A stretch of DNA of 64,000 nucleotides from Chiloscyllium plagiosum (taxonomy: Eukaryota): assembly GCF_004010195.1 (NCBI RefSeq), contig NC_057753.1, positions 7,436,130-7,500,129 on the forward strand, given 5' to 3'. The position numbers were made by a program, and so were the translations under genes. Shown one piece after another: positions 1-12,758 of this stretch (position 1 is the stretch's first letter; each line of letters starts with the position of its first letter). The notes beneath the pieces are model-generated. The model saw nothing but the letters and a program-made list of their open reading frames with translations. It was not told where the DNA came from and searched no databases.

Positions 1-939
1 GCTGTGCTTTGAATTGAAGTGCCTGTGTTTCCATGATGGCGCAGTGAAGAGACGGGAAGATCAGGTGTTGGAACGGAGAAAGGGAAAAAAAAAGAAAACT
101 GTTAAAAGAGGAAGGCTGGTCGAGGAGATTTTCCAGAGGAAGACACAAGGTCTAGGGAGGGGGAGACCCAGTGTTCAGTCAGTGCCTTGCTCCAGTCCCA
201 CTCTCCCGTTTGAAAAAGGGAAGAGTTTGGCATGTCCTGGTGGTGAACAGGGAAAGGCTGTGTTTGACCGTAGCAGATTCTGGGATCTTGCTTTAAGTGG
301 AGTGGCCTTCACCCTGTTGTAATATGGCAACTGGAAAATTTTATCTTTCAAAGTAGGGAAAGAGTTGTGAGATTGGACAATGAAATCCCGGAAAGAGAAA
401 TATGTTCCGTTTTGTGACTGATGCTGGTGACTGTAAAGTCTTCCCGACAGGAGGCAGTAATTTTTGCCCTGGTTTAAAAACGGAAATCTCTGTCTAATTT
501 TGCACTGTTCAAAAAACAACATGCAGTAGTGCCAGACGAGTTTTCTCTGTGCTTACTCACAGGCGGAACGTCCCATTTTCAAGAGATATGATTTGTAAGA
601 TTCCCAGAATGGGTGAGAGTGGGAAAAGGATGTGAAAATTGCAGTTACTTTGATGGTTGGATTGGAAGGCAGCCTGTTTGAAACTTCAATCTGAAGGTAA
701 AATCGCTGTTTGAAGTCAATCTGACTCTTGGTCTCTTTCCACCTCTAGCCAGTTCCCACTCACTAAGATTTCTATTGCTCATCATGCAGTCCAAACACAC
801 CCAGAAAATCGATTCATTTTATCTCATGGAGAGTCAGAGAGAGAGACGCTTCACAGAATACGAGAGAGGGAGTGATGCACAGCGGGGGCGGGTGTTGGTG
901 TTGGGGTCTGGGGGAAAGAGGAACAGAGAGTGAGGAGGG

Positions 940-1050
940 CCGAGTGCTGGCAGGTGGAACTAGATTGGGTTGGGATATCTGATCGGCATGGACGGGTTGG
1001 ACTGAAGGGTCTGTTTCCGTGCTGTACATCTCTATGACTCTATGACTCTA
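940..1050 (+). mobile_element. CR1-type LINE 3' tail fragment
   Basis: ggactgaagggtctgtttccgtgctgta followed by (TCTATGAC)n terminal repeats. Confidence 0.7.
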
Positions 1051-2329
1051 AACAGAGAGGGGGGGGGAGTCAGAGGTATAGAGCAGATAGGAACAGAGAC
1101 AGTATGAAAAACAAAATATGGGAGAAAGAAGAGCACATAGAGAGACATAGAGAGGGGAAGAGTGAAAGAGAGAGGCGAGCATTGAAGGAGAGAGAGAGAG
1201 AAGGGAGGACTGAAAGAGACGGAGAAAGAGTGAGAGACCTAGAAGATGAATTACTTACATTTAATGTAAACAGCGATGCAGTCCCAGATGCAGTGGGTGA
1301 CGGGCTCTGAATGGGACGAGGAAAGAGAGAGAGGGGCGCTGTCACTCGTCTTTGATGTGTGTCCCACCACCAGCAGCTCCCTGCTGCCACCCCACACAAT
1401 AAGACAGAGAAGCAGCTGGAAATATCAGGGTCCACAATGAAGGAGGGAGGAAGAGATAATGGCTCTGGCAGTGATTCACTACGGTCGAATAACACCAGTG
1501 CAGAAAGAAAACACTGCGGGGTTGGGGCGGAGTGTAGTCAGAAAGCATTTGCCCCTTGATCATTTGGGTTCCATGATCTGGAGCAAGATGGGAGTTGATA
1601 TCCGGGAAGTTGATGGTAAATTGGGAAGTTTTCAGAAGTGATTGGATCTTACAGTGCATTTCTTTTGTCATTTTCTCAAGGGAGAAAAAAATCTTGACTT
1701 TTTTTCATCTCTGTTCCCGTGGACTGATTGATGAGGAGGGAGTGAAATGTGGACATGGACAGCGAGAGGGAGAAAGGCACAAAACTCTGGGGGTGGGATG
1801 TTGGAGTGGGGTCATCTATGCCCAGTCTGTGACTTAAAGCAACCACATCCCAACACATACTCAAACAGAAAACTGGGCTGCACACCAAAGAGTTTTCACA
1901 CCTACCTATTATCGATTTCTAAGGTTTTAATAACAGGTGCTATGCAGGGAAAAGGATAGCGTTGTGGAAATTCAAGACAGCAAAGGGATGCTATGCTTTT
2001 GGTTTCCACCGTTAATTGATAAGAAATACAATTTCATTATTCTCTCTCTCTTTTTCCCTGAGGAGAATTGACTTGGAAGCTGCAATTCAGAAAATGCATT
2101 TTTCATTGACGAACGCTCAGATCAGAGCTGGAACCAGAGAGGGAGTAATAATAGTATTTAAAAATCATCTTATCCCATTATCATTCATTCACACACATGC
2201 AGAGAAAACAATTGTGGGGATTTCGTCCAACTTCGAGATTTTTAACATAAGGGGGTGATCTCTGGGCTGAAGGGGACAAAGGGGCAAAAATGGTGAGGAG
2301 AGGATTGCTGCACACCCTGACGCTGCATT

Positions 2330-2805
2330 TTTGAATGCCTCCCTCTATCTGTCTAACCAATTCCATGCTGCCAGCAATCTCTGTCTCTCCCTCTCTCTTG
2401 CCCCGCCGCCATGGCTTTTTTTCCATATCCCCATCTCCCCAACTATCCCCTATCTCCGACACAGATCCCTGCATCCGACTGTCTCGCCTCATCACTGGCC
2501 AATCAGGAACCGTCTTAATCATTCAGTCTTTCCGTTCCTGAACCTTCCTATCACCTCTCTTCAAACCTTTCTCTCTTCTCTTTCCCTCGGGCCTGTGAGA
2601 CCTCTCTCTCTGTCTCCATCTCTAGGTCTCGATGTGTGTTTCCATTCTCTCTGTACCCCCCTCGATTTGTGTCTGTCTTTCTGCCTCTTCCTTGGAATTC
2701 TATCTCTGCCTTCTGTTTGCCCTTTTCTTATTCTCGCTATCGCTGGCAAGTCTCTCTTTTTCCCTCTCACTTTCTCTGCCTCTCTCTCTCTCTCTCTCTC
2801 TCTTG
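2330..2805. repeat. CT-rich low-complexity tract
   Basis: Degenerate polypyrimidine sequence ending in (CT)n. Confidence 0.7.
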
Positions 2806-2819
2806 CACTCGAACCCTGT

Positions 2820-3000
2820 CAGGATTCCGAACATAGAAATGAAGACTTTTGCCACTCCCCTCGCCAAGCTGGTCCAGTACAGTTGCAACATTGGCATCTA
2901 CCCGAAAATGTAGACAATTGCCCAAGGTTATCCTGCACATCAAAAAATGAAAAATCCAGCTCGGCCAACTACCACCACCTCCACCTCCCCTCAGTCTACT
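2820..3000 (+). mobile_element. Old LINE (CR1/L2 clade) RT fragment
   Basis: RIPNIEMKTFATPLAKLVQYSCNIGIYPKM matches the LINE pre-RT motif (GIP..LK....PLA.LFQ.S...G.YP..W). Confidence 0.65.
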
Positions 3001-3017
3001 CTCGAACATCAGCAAAG

Positions 3018-3282
3018 GGGCGGCATGGTGGCTCAGTGGTTAACAATGTTGCCTCACAGCGCCAGGAACCTGGGTTTGATTCGAGCCTTGGTCAACTACC
3101 TGTGGATTTTGAACATTCTCCTTGTGTCTGCGTGGGTTTCCTCCGGGTGCTCCGGTTTCCTCCTATAGTCCAAAGATATGCAGGTTAGGTGAATTGGCTG
3201 TGGGAAACAGGTCTGGGTGGGTTAGTCTTCGTGTTGGGCAGAAGGGCCTGTTTCCATCCTGTAGGGAATCTAATCTTATCTA
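3018..3282 (+). mobile_element. tRNA-derived V-SINE (HE1-like)
   Basis: GGGCGGCATGGTGGCTCAGTGGTT A-box head, degenerate B box, V-domain gtctgcgtgggtttcctccgggtgctccggtttcctc, CR1-like tail with taatc repeats. Confidence 0.85.
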
Positions 3283-3304
3283 AAGTGATGGAAGGCGTCA
3301 ATAA

Positions 3305-3575
3305 CAGTGCTATCAATGACCTGGAGGAGGGGCTAGAAGGTTGGGTGAGCAAGTTTGCGGATGATACGAAAGTCGGAGGAGTTGTTGACAGTGAGGAAGG
3401 ATGTGGCAGGTGACAGCGGGATATAGATAAGCTGCAGAACTGGGCAGAAAGGTGGCAAATGGGGTTCAATGTACTAAGTGTGAGGTGATTCACTTTGGTA
3501 AGAGTAACAAAAAGATGGGGTACAGGGCTAATGGTGGGATACTTGGTAGTGTGGATGAGCAGAGGGACCTTGGAA
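3305..3575 (+). mobile_element. CR1 LINE RT fragment
   Basis: INDLEEGLEGWVSKFADDTKVGGVVDSEEG. Confidence 0.85.
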
Positions 3576-3754
3576 ACACCCTGGCTGTGGAGGTGAGATG
3601 AGTCCATTGCTAACACATGCATGCTGTATTGTGCCCAATAAAAAAAAAATTGCATTTATGTAAAACCTTTCATGATCCCAGGAAATTCCAAAGCAATAGT
3701 GAATAAGGTGAAGTCATGGTAGTGTGGGAAATATGGTGAAACAAACCAGAACTC

Positions 3755-3962
3755 GGATTCTTTACTCAGCGAGTCGTGAGTTCATGGAAAGCACTGCCAG
3801 TAGCAGTGGTGGACTCTCCCTCTTTATGGGCATTTAAGCGGGCATTGGATAGGCATATGGAGGATAGTGGGCTAGTGTAGGTTAGGTGGGCTTGGATCGG
3901 CGCAACATCGAGGGCCAAAGGGCCTGTACTGCGCTGTATTCTTCTATGTTCTATGTTCTATA
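3755..3962 (+). mobile_element. CR1 LINE 3' end
   Basis: FFTQRVVSSW-type C-terminus, 3' UTR stem-loop and (TTCTATG)n tail. Confidence 0.8.
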
Positions 3963-4084
3963 TAACACCTGCTCAGCAATAACCTTCTCAATGCTGCCCA
4001 GTTTAGGTTCTGCTCGGACCACTCAGCTCCTGAATTCATTACACCCATGGTGCAAACATGAATAAACATGAGCTTACGTAAGTT

Positions 4085-6012
4085 AGAAGATGCAAGGATC
4101 TAGCACAGCTTTAGAGGATTATAGGCTTACAAGAGAGAAGATCAAAGATGGACAGTGAAGAGTCAGGAGGGGGCACGAAAAAGGCACGGCAGGAAAGATT
4201 GGGGAGAACCAAAAGGCATTTTATCCATACGTGAGGAAGAAGAGAATGATCAGGGAGAAGGTAGGGCCGGTCATAAATAGCGTAGGGAACTTGAACGTGA
4301 TGTCCCAGCAGATAGGGGAACCCCTAAATGAGAATTTTGCTTCGGTTTTCAAGAAGGAAAGTGACCATGTTGTTTTTGAGAACTTTAAGGAGCTGGGAAA
4401 CAGGCTTGAACATATCAAGATTGATGATGTTAGATGTGCTGGAAAGTTTTGCAAACATTAAGATTGATAATTCCCCAGGGCCAGACCTGATTTATGGGTA
4501 GGTTGCTTCGAGATGATAGAAAGGGGGTTGCTAAGCCACTGGCGAGGATCTTTGCCTCCTCAATCTCCACGGGAGTTGTACTGGAGGATTGGAGGGTGGT
4601 GAATGTCGTTCCTCTTCTCAAGAAGGGCAATAAGGCAATCCCGAGCAATTACAAACCAATCAGTCTTACGCCTGTGTTTCGCAAGATTTTGGAAAGAATT
4701 CTGAGGGATAGGATTTATGACTATTTGGAAAAGCATAGTGTGATTAAAGGCAGTCAGCATGGCTTTGTGAGGGGCAGGTCATGCTTCACAAATCTTATTG
4801 AGTTCTTTGAGGAGGTGACGAGACAGGTTGACAAAGTGGGTGTGTTGTATGTGGACTTCAGCATGACATTTGATAAGGTTCCCTGTGGTAAGCTCATCAT
4901 AAGGTCAGGAGGTATGGGATACAGGGAGATTTGGCTCTCTGGATTCAGAATTGGTTGGCTGACAGAAGGCAAAGAGTGGTTACAGATGGAAAGTATTCTG
5001 CTTGGAAGTCACTGGTGTCCCACAGGACTCACTTCTTGGGCCTCTGCTCTTTGTAGTTTTTATAAATGACTTAGATGAGGAGGTTGAGGGATGTGTTAGT
5101 AAATTTGACGACGACACAAAGGTTGGAGGTGCTCTTGATAGTATCAAGGGCTGTTGCAGACTGCAGCACGACAGACAGGATACAAAGCTGGTTTGAGAAA
5201 TGGCAGATGGAGTTCAACTTGGATAAATGTGAAGTGATGCATTTTGTCGGTCGAACTTGAATGTTGAATGTAGGATTAAAGACAAGATTGTTGGTGGTGT
5301 GGAGGAATATAGGGATCTTGGTGTTCAAGTGAATAAATCCCTCAAAGTTGTCACCCAAGTGGATAGAGTTGTTAAGAAAGCGTATGATCTTTTGGCTTTC
5401 ATTAACAGGGGTATCGAGTTTAAGAGCTGCGAGGTTTTGCTGCAGCTCTACAAAACTCTGGTGAGACCACACTTGGAATATTGTGTCCAGTTCTGATCGC
5501 CCTATTATAAGAAAGATACAGAGACTTTGGAGAGGGCGCAGAGAGGGTTTACCAGGACGCTGCCTGAACTGGAGGGCTTGTCTTAGGAAGAGAGGTTAAC
5601 TAAGCTCTGACATTCTTCTCTGGAGACAAGGAGGAAGGGAGGTCACCTGACCGAGGTGTACAAGGTATTGAGAAGCGTGGATAATGTTAATAGATAGAGA
5701 CTTTTCCTCAGCGTGGGATTGACTGCCACGAAGGGTCATAGTTTTAAGTTGCTAGGAGGAAAGTAGAGAGGAGAGGTCAGAGGTACGTTCTTTTCGCAGA
5801 GTTGTGAGTGCATGGAATTTGTTGCTACTGGTCGTGGTGGAAGCAGAGTCATTAGGGACATTTAAGGGACTGCTGGACATGCACATGGATAGCTGTGAAT
5901 TGAGGGGTGTATAGGTTAGGTTATTTTATTTTAGATTAGGATTAATCCTCGGCACAGCATCATGGGCCGAAGGGCCTGTTCTGTGCTGTACTTTTCTATG
6001 TTCTATGTTCTA
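4085..6012 (+). mobile_element. 5'-truncated CR1 LINE (ORF2 RT, disrupted)
   Basis: EDWRVVNVVPLLKKG, NYKPISLT, QHGFVRGRSC, GVPQDSLLGPLLF, FDDDTK, LVRPHLEYCVQF across several frames; (TTCTATG)n tail. Confidence 0.93.
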
Positions 6013-6014
6013 AT

Positions 6015-7390
6015 AGAGCTGAATTCTAAAGGTGTGGTGAGAGTGACATCACGTGACATCAAGGCGGTATTCGACGGATTATGGCAACAGGGAGCCTAGC
6101 CAAAATCCATCAATGGGTATCCTGTGGTAAAATTCTCTGCTGGTTGGAGTCATACACGACACAAACAAAGATGGTTCTCGTTGTTGGAATCAGTCACCTC
6201 AGATCCAGGACATCTCTGCACGAGTTCATTGGAGTCATGTGCTCGGCCCAACTATCTTTAGCTGCATCATCAATCACCTTGCCTTCATCTTTAGGTCAGA
6301 AGTGGATATGTGCGCCAATGTCTATACAATGTTAAGCACCATTCACAACTCCTCAGATGCTGAAGCAGTCCATGTCCCACTGCAACAAGATTTGGACAAT
6401 ATCCAGGCTTGTGATAAGAAATGACAAGTAACAATTGTGCTACGTCAGAGCCGCCATATGACTTTCATGAATAAGGAAAGTCTAACCAGCGTCCCGAGGT
6501 ATTTAACCACGTTATCATTTCTGAATCCTCAACCATCAACGTCCTAGGGATTGTCAATTTCCAGAAACTCAACTGGACTCACTATATAAACACAGAGGCT
6601 GCAACAGCAGATCAAAAACTTGGATTGCAACAGCGAGACTAATAGTGATGACCATGAATCCATTGTTAATTGTCAGAAAAACCGCATCTGGTTCACTCAT
6701 GCCCTTTAGGGAAGGAAACTGCCATCTTTACCTGGCCTGGCCTACATGTGACTCCTGACCCACAGCAATGTGCGTGACTCTTAACTGGGCAATTCGGGAT
6801 GGGCAATAAATGCTGGCCTATTCAGCGACGACCTCAAACTGAGAATGAATTTTTTTTAAAAACTCCGGATCTCCAAAGTGTTAAGAAGGCACAAGTGAGA
6901 AGTTTAATGGAATACTTCCACGGATAAATGCAGCCCTAACAGCGCTCAAGAAACTTGACACCATCCAGGACAAATCAGCCCTATTTATTAGCATGACATC
7001 CATAAGCATCCACTCCTTCCTCTACCGACTCGCAGTAGCAGCAGTGTGTGATTGCAGAAACTCAACAGATATCCTCAGACAGCACCTTCCAAACCGACGA
7101 CCACTTCCATCTAAAAAGACAGGGGCAACAGATATATGGGAACACAACTACCTGCTAATTCCTCTCACAGCTACTCACTATCCAGACTTGGCAATATATC
7201 GTCGTTCCTTCAGTATCGCTGGTTCAGTCCTGCAATTCTCTCCCTAATGGCATTATGAGTCAACCAATAGCAGGTGGACTGCAGTTGCTCAAGAAGGCAG
7301 CTAACCAACATCTTCTCAATGGAAACTAGAGATGGGCAATAAATGCTGGATAGTCAGCGACGCCCACATCGCACAACGCAATATAAAAAC
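6015..7390 (+). mobile_element. Old LINE (CR1/L2 clade) 3' portion, interrupted by a SINE fragment
   Basis: DIKAVFD, LGPTIFSCIIN, LQQDLDNIQA motifs; tail gatgggcaataaatgctgg...cagcgacgcccacatc. Confidence 0.75.
6641..6862 (+). mobile_element. SINE 3' portion sharing its tail with the surrounding LINE
   Basis: Non-coding body ending gatgggcaataaatgctggcc...cagcgacg, the same tail seen at 7331-7365. Confidence 0.65.
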
Positions 7391-7400
7391 ACACTCACAA

Positions 7401-7434
<34 letters not shown>

Positions 7435-7441
7435 ACACACA

Positions 7442-7479
<38 letters not shown>
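7389..7479. repeat. (CA)n microsatellite
   Basis: Directly visible. Confidence 0.95.
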
Positions 7480-7482
<3 letters not shown>

Positions 7483-8023
7483 AATCTTGTAGCAGACGTG
7501 AAATCCAAACAAAGTTGCAGGTTTGAAGCAGTTGCAAAATACCTTTATTCAGACAATAGATCGTAGGTTTCTGTAAACACGTAACTCAGATTTTCCCCAC
7601 GGCAGAACAAAATATTGTCATGCAGACCAGCATAACGTTTGATTGCAAATGAAATTATGTGTATGTGTATCTATCTCTGTCGAACTACCACTGTCTATGT
7701 GAGAGTATGTTAGTGTGTTTATCAGTGTATGTTTCGGTGTCGGGTCACTGTGTAATGGGATCTTACATTTTATGGGTGAATTAATTGAAATAGGATTGAC
7801 CTGCTGTCCACTTGTTCTCTGTTTATCCTGCTTGTGTTGAAAGTGATACAGCGCTGATGGTCATGTTGATGTGTGTTTCTATACCCGTGCTTTCCCGTTT
7901 CGGTTTTTCTTTGTCTAAGAGTCTATGACTGGTTGCATTGGAGGGAAGATTGAATGAAGGAATATGTTAAAAAAGTGATGAGCCAAAGGTTCAGAGTCTC
8001 TCTTTCTCTCGCTTGTGTTTAAT

Positions 8024-8039
8024 GGCACCCTCTGGTGGC
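8024..8039 (-). promoter_or_regulatory. Candidate CTCF binding site
   Basis: Minus strand GCCACCAGAGGGTGCC, close to the CTCF core CCACCAGRGGGCGC, in a unique non-TE stretch. Confidence 0.4.
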
Positions 8040-8499
8040 TTCCCAAGGACGCTACAACAGCGACAGATTTCTTTTGGAGAAAGCATCAAAGCCTCTGAAT
8101 CTCTGAGGTTGCACAGCTACTTGTTCATGACAGAATGCCTTTGTTCATCAAAGCAGCTTTGTTCAATCGATGTTGACCCTGTGATGTGAGCAAAAGGAGA
8201 TTCACAAAACGAAGTACTGGTCTCATCCCCTCCACTGTCTAACACTTCTCTCACTCAGACTCGAGGACTGCACGTGACAAAACAACACAAATTACAGAGC
8301 GTACCCTCCCCTTTCCCGGAGAACGGGACTTAGGGTTCAGTAGAGTCAGAGAGTTTAAATTTAGGGAACTTCTGAAAATGAACATGATGCACTTTCTCAT
8401 CATTATTACATCGCTGTAATGCAAAGCGGTGAATTATCTGATTGACACAAATAATGTTGAAGATGGTTAATCTCAGGAGTGTGAGTTATTGCACGCAGT

Positions 8500-8925
8500 C
8501 TATCTGTGTGTTGTGTTTCCATATATGTGTACTCGTGTGTGTGCGTTTCTATGTGTCTGACTGTGTGTATGGTTCAGTGTGTCCGTACGTGTCGATCTTT
8601 CTGTGTCTGTATGTCGGTGTGCCTGTATGTGCATATGTTTCTGTGTGTTTGGTTCTCAGTGTGTCAGTGACTGTGTGTACATGTATCTGTCTGTGTGCCT
8701 GTATGTGTCCATGTGCGTATATGTATCTGTGTCTGTCTGCGCTTAGTTGTTTATGTGTGCATATATGCGTGTTTTTGTTTGTGTTTCTATATCTGCGCTT
8801 CTTTATCTCTGCTGAACTATCTCTCTGTTTATCACTGTATGTGTTTGCTACTTTATGCAAGTATGTGCATTCGCATATGTTTCTGTATTTCTGTATCGGT
8901 CTCTGTGTATCTGTGCGTTGAGCTC
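8500..8925. repeat. Degenerate TG-rich simple repeat
   Basis: Runs of tgtgtg/tgtatg/tctgtg. Confidence 0.75.
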
Positions 8926-9339
8926 TCTGTTGTTTTGAGGATCAATACATTGAATTGGCTTAAGCCACTTGCTGCTTTCTCCTGTCTGTCCACTTTGTAC
9001 TTAGGTGATACTATGCCGATAGTCTTGTTGATGCGTGGAAGGCCTATTTGCGTGCTGCATGACTCGATGACTATATGATTATTTATGTCTCTGTGTGTTG
9101 AGTCTCTGTGTAATTCAGGCTGTCGCGGGATTCTTTGCAAGTAAGTTGGAATGAACGAATGAATGAATAAATGAATGAAATATTTATTTAATTAATGGAT
9201 TCATTAAAACAATTAATCAAAGTATCAGAGTCTCTCAACATCTGCTTTTACAGTGATACAATCCAACATTTCGACGGAATGTCCATGTCACCACACCAAT
9301 GGTAGATTTGTTTTGCAGAAAATATTCTATGAATTCTTC

Positions 9340-10390
9340 AGTGTCGACAAGTGTGGTGCTGGAAAAGAACAGCCGGTCAGGCAGCATCATGTAGCTGGTA
9401 ATGGGATAGGTAGATGAAGCTGGGGGTAAAGTTGATAAGTTGGAGAGGAAAGTGGAGCAGATCGGTGAGAAGGAAAATGGACAGGTAGGACAGTTCAAGA
9501 TGGCAGTGCTGAGGTGGATAGTTGGATCTGATAAGGCGCGGGAGGGGAAGTAAGGATACTGGAGAAATCCGCATTGATTCCGAATGATTGGAGTACCCAA
9601 AGGCGGAGGGTGAGGCGTCCCTGCTGCAGGTGTCGGATGATTAGCCTTCGGCGATATAGAAGGCCCAGAACCTGCATCTCCTTAGCTGAGTGGGAGCGGT
9701 ATTTAAAAGTTTCAACCTTTGGTCAGTGGGGTTACTACGTTCAAGTGGCCCAGAAATGTTCTCTGAAACGATCGGCAAATTGGTGTCCTGTGCCTACAAT
9801 GTAGGGAAGACAATATCGGGTGCAGTGGAGAGATGATGTGTGTGAAAGGACAGTTGAATCTCTGTCAATGTGGAATGAACCTTTAGGGCCTTGGACTGGC
9901 ATGAGCGGGGGAGGTGTGGGCGCAGATTTTGAACTTCTTGTGGTGGCAGGGGAAAATGCCGGGAGTGGAGGGTGGGTTGGTGGGACACGTGGGCCTAACA
10001 AGGGAGTCGCAGAGGAATGTGGACATGGGCGGGAAGAGAACTATATCGCTGATGGTGGGGTCTGTTTGCAGGCGGCGGAAATTTCGGAGGATAATGCGAT
10101 GCATTTGAAGGTTCGTGGGGTAGAAGGATAGTGGTTGGGTTGGCGAGAGAGGAAGGAATGGAGGGCTTGGCGTTCTTCATCATGGTGAATGGATGCATAC
10201 AAGAACTAAATGTTCATGGTGAAGATGAGGAAAGTCCTGGAGGAGGTGGAGGGAGTGGGTGGTGTCCCGAATGTAGGTAGGGAGTTCTTTGATTAGTGGA
10301 GAGAGGATGGTATCAAGTTATGCAGAAATAAGTTCAATGGAGCAAGGGCAGGCTGAGACAACGGGTCGACCGGGGCCGTCAGGTTTGTGA
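9340..10390 (-). mobile_element. Penelope-like element fragment (RT remnants and GIY-YIG endonuclease)
   Basis: YCLPYIVGTGHQFADRFREH and MQVLGLL...RL..LQ..GINADFS; terminal sequence at 9345-9390 shared with 29440-29490. Confidence 0.8.
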
Positions 10391-10729
10391 ATTAATCAGT
10401 TTGAACAGCTGTTTCCTTCTTCAAACAATGTCCTTGAAGACAAAGAACAGTTTTGTCTAATCGATGTTGCCACTGAAACATGGGCAGAAGAAGATGAACA
10501 TACCCAGCATGAGACTCAACCCCTCGAATTTTGAAATATTTTCTCATTTCGCATCAAAGAGTAGATTACCTGGATGCAGTTGACACGAAATTACTCTATT
10601 TAATGTATAAAATGTCAGGAAAATTGTTCAAAAGACGAATTATTTCTATTTCGCAGAGAGCAAATGCAAAAAATCTTTACTCACTAATGCAACTGACCAT
10701 GAATGGACAGCCACAGTACAAAACAGCTC

Positions 10730-12164
10730 GGGATGGGACCATTTGTCACAGCAGATTTGCCGCCGACGATTAGCCACTGCCCTTTGACCACCGAGGACGT
10801 TTAGCCACCGCAAGTAAGTCGTATATTTTCAATATTGGTGGTATATAAAATCGTCGTTATATTGGTTAAGGTAGTGTTTTCGTTGTTCGTTTGGCGGATA
10901 GTGGTCAAGGAAGTACTTGTATTATCGTATTTGGTAGGGAATCTTGGATACATCATTTAGCAGAATCGACGTGGTTTGTGGATTGTACGTTCAAAATAGC
11001 CCCTGTTTTATTCTCTCAGGTATATTGTATTTTTGCAAAAAGACTTGATGGGCTTCATCCAATATTGTGTGTACTTCCACCAAATAAGCAGCATTCAACA
11101 TATGTATGCATGTTTGAAATGGTGAAGTCCTTGGTACCTAATCCCAGACCGCAATATATCCATTGTGACTTTGAGCAGGCAGCTATCAGTGCGATGAGAG
11201 AATGTTTTCCTGAAGTTAGAATTAGGGGCTGTTTCTTTCATTTGGCACAAAGTATGCCTAGACATATTGCTGCAGTTGGAGCAACTCGTCAATACAACAC
11301 CGATCCTGGTTATGCTTTAAAAGCAAAAATGATAATTGCTTTGGCTTTTCTGCCACTTCCTGGCCTTGATAACTACATAGAAGCACTTGCAGATTTTTTG
11401 CCTCAAGAACTACAACCAATACTAGATTGGTTTGAATTTAATCATATTGGAATTAACAATAGACGTGGCAGTAACCGAAGGGCACCTTTGTTTCACCATG
11501 ATGTGTGATCGGTCTATGAGACAGCAATAAACGATGAAGATCGCACGAATAATCACGCAGAAGCTGTTTATCGGAGAATCGCTTTTGAACTCGGAGCTCA
11601 CCACCCAACCATATGGAAATGTATTGGAACGTTAGTGAAAGTGCAAAAGGGGCGTGATTTATACTTGGAACAGCTGATAGCGAGTTACTCACCACAAATA
11701 AAGCTAAAAAAAAGTATCGAGACACAGACGATAGAATTTTTTAAAAAAGTTCTTGAATACGGCGAAAGAGGTGTAATATCTTAGAGGAATAGCGCATAAC
11801 TATCAAATGAACTGAAATTTCATTGTTTCATATTAATGTGAGATTTTACTGCCATTATAAAGATTTTTAAAGTATATTTCCTTTTACTGGTTAAAGATGG
11901 TAACTCATTTTTATATATAAACCAATAAAATGATATTTATTGTACCTCTTTTTTATCAATATGTAGTATGTAGTTGTATAAATAAAGGGGACTGAGAAGT
12001 ATGAACGAATAGGCGGGAGAGAAAACAATCAATACATATATATATATTTCCGGTGGCGAATAGTCTCCAGAGGTCAAAAGACCCCAGCGGAGAAACGCTG
12101 GTGGCGAACCGGCAGTGGCTAATCATCGGCGGCGAATCTGCCATGGCGAATCGTCACCAACCCC
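10730..12164 (+). mobile_element. MULE (Mutator-like) DNA transposon with TIRs and disrupted transposase
   Basis: ORF 10891-11508: WFVDCTFK, IHCDFEQAAISA, GCFFHLAQS; frame continues past TGA with RTNNHAEA and HPTIWKCI. Imperfect TIRs near 10730-10812 and 12049-12164 (gcagatttgccgccgacgattagccactgcc / ggcagtggctaatcatcggcggcgaatctgc). Confidence 0.9.
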
Positions 12165-12356
12165 AACAAGCTACAGACGTTCGACAGCAACAAACACAGA
12201 AAATGAAAAATACTAGACTGCAGAAAAAAAAACTTACACAAAATAACAAAACAGACAATACAGAAGAATGGGAAAGAAAATCTGACCGACCCTTAATAGA
12301 CACTGAAAAAGTCATCTTAATAAGAGGATTAAGTTACAACTTCCAGGATGCAGACA

Positions 12357-12758
12357 AGGCTGAGAGACTTGAGTCAGTTTTCATTGGAAAGAAGAAGGCT
12401 AAGAGGGGATTTGATAGAGACATACAAGATTATCAGAGGATTAGAGAGGGTAGACAGTGAAAATCTTTTTCTTAGGATGATGTACGAGAGGGCATAACTG
12501 CAAATTGTGGGGTGATAGGTTTAAGACAGATGTCAGAGGCAGGTTCTTTACTCAGAGAGCGGTAAGGACATGGAATGCCCTACCTGCCAATGTATTCAAC
12601 TCAGCCACATTAGGGAGATTTAAACAATACTTAGATAAGCACATGGATAATGATGGGATAGTGTAGGGGGATGAGCTGAGAATGGTTCACAGGTGGGTGC
12701 AACATCGAGGGCCAAAGGGCCTGTTCTGCGCTGTATTGCTCTACGTTCTATGTTCTAA
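12357..12758 (+). mobile_element. CR1 LINE 3' fragment inserted in the Penelope element
   Basis: RLRGDL-like and FFTQRAV..WNALP C-terminus with TTCTATG tail. Confidence 0.85.

Noticed and set aside
3018..3090. tRNA gene
   Set aside because: tRNA-derived SINE head continuing into the V-domain and tail; the same applies to the copies at 23.9, 25.8 and 61.1 kb.
2331..3188. 285-aa ORF
   Set aside because: Runs through a CT-rich tract, a LINE fragment and a SINE; low-complexity read-through.
8442..9078. Cys/Val-rich hydrophobic ORFs
   Set aside because: Translation of degenerate (TG)n sequence.
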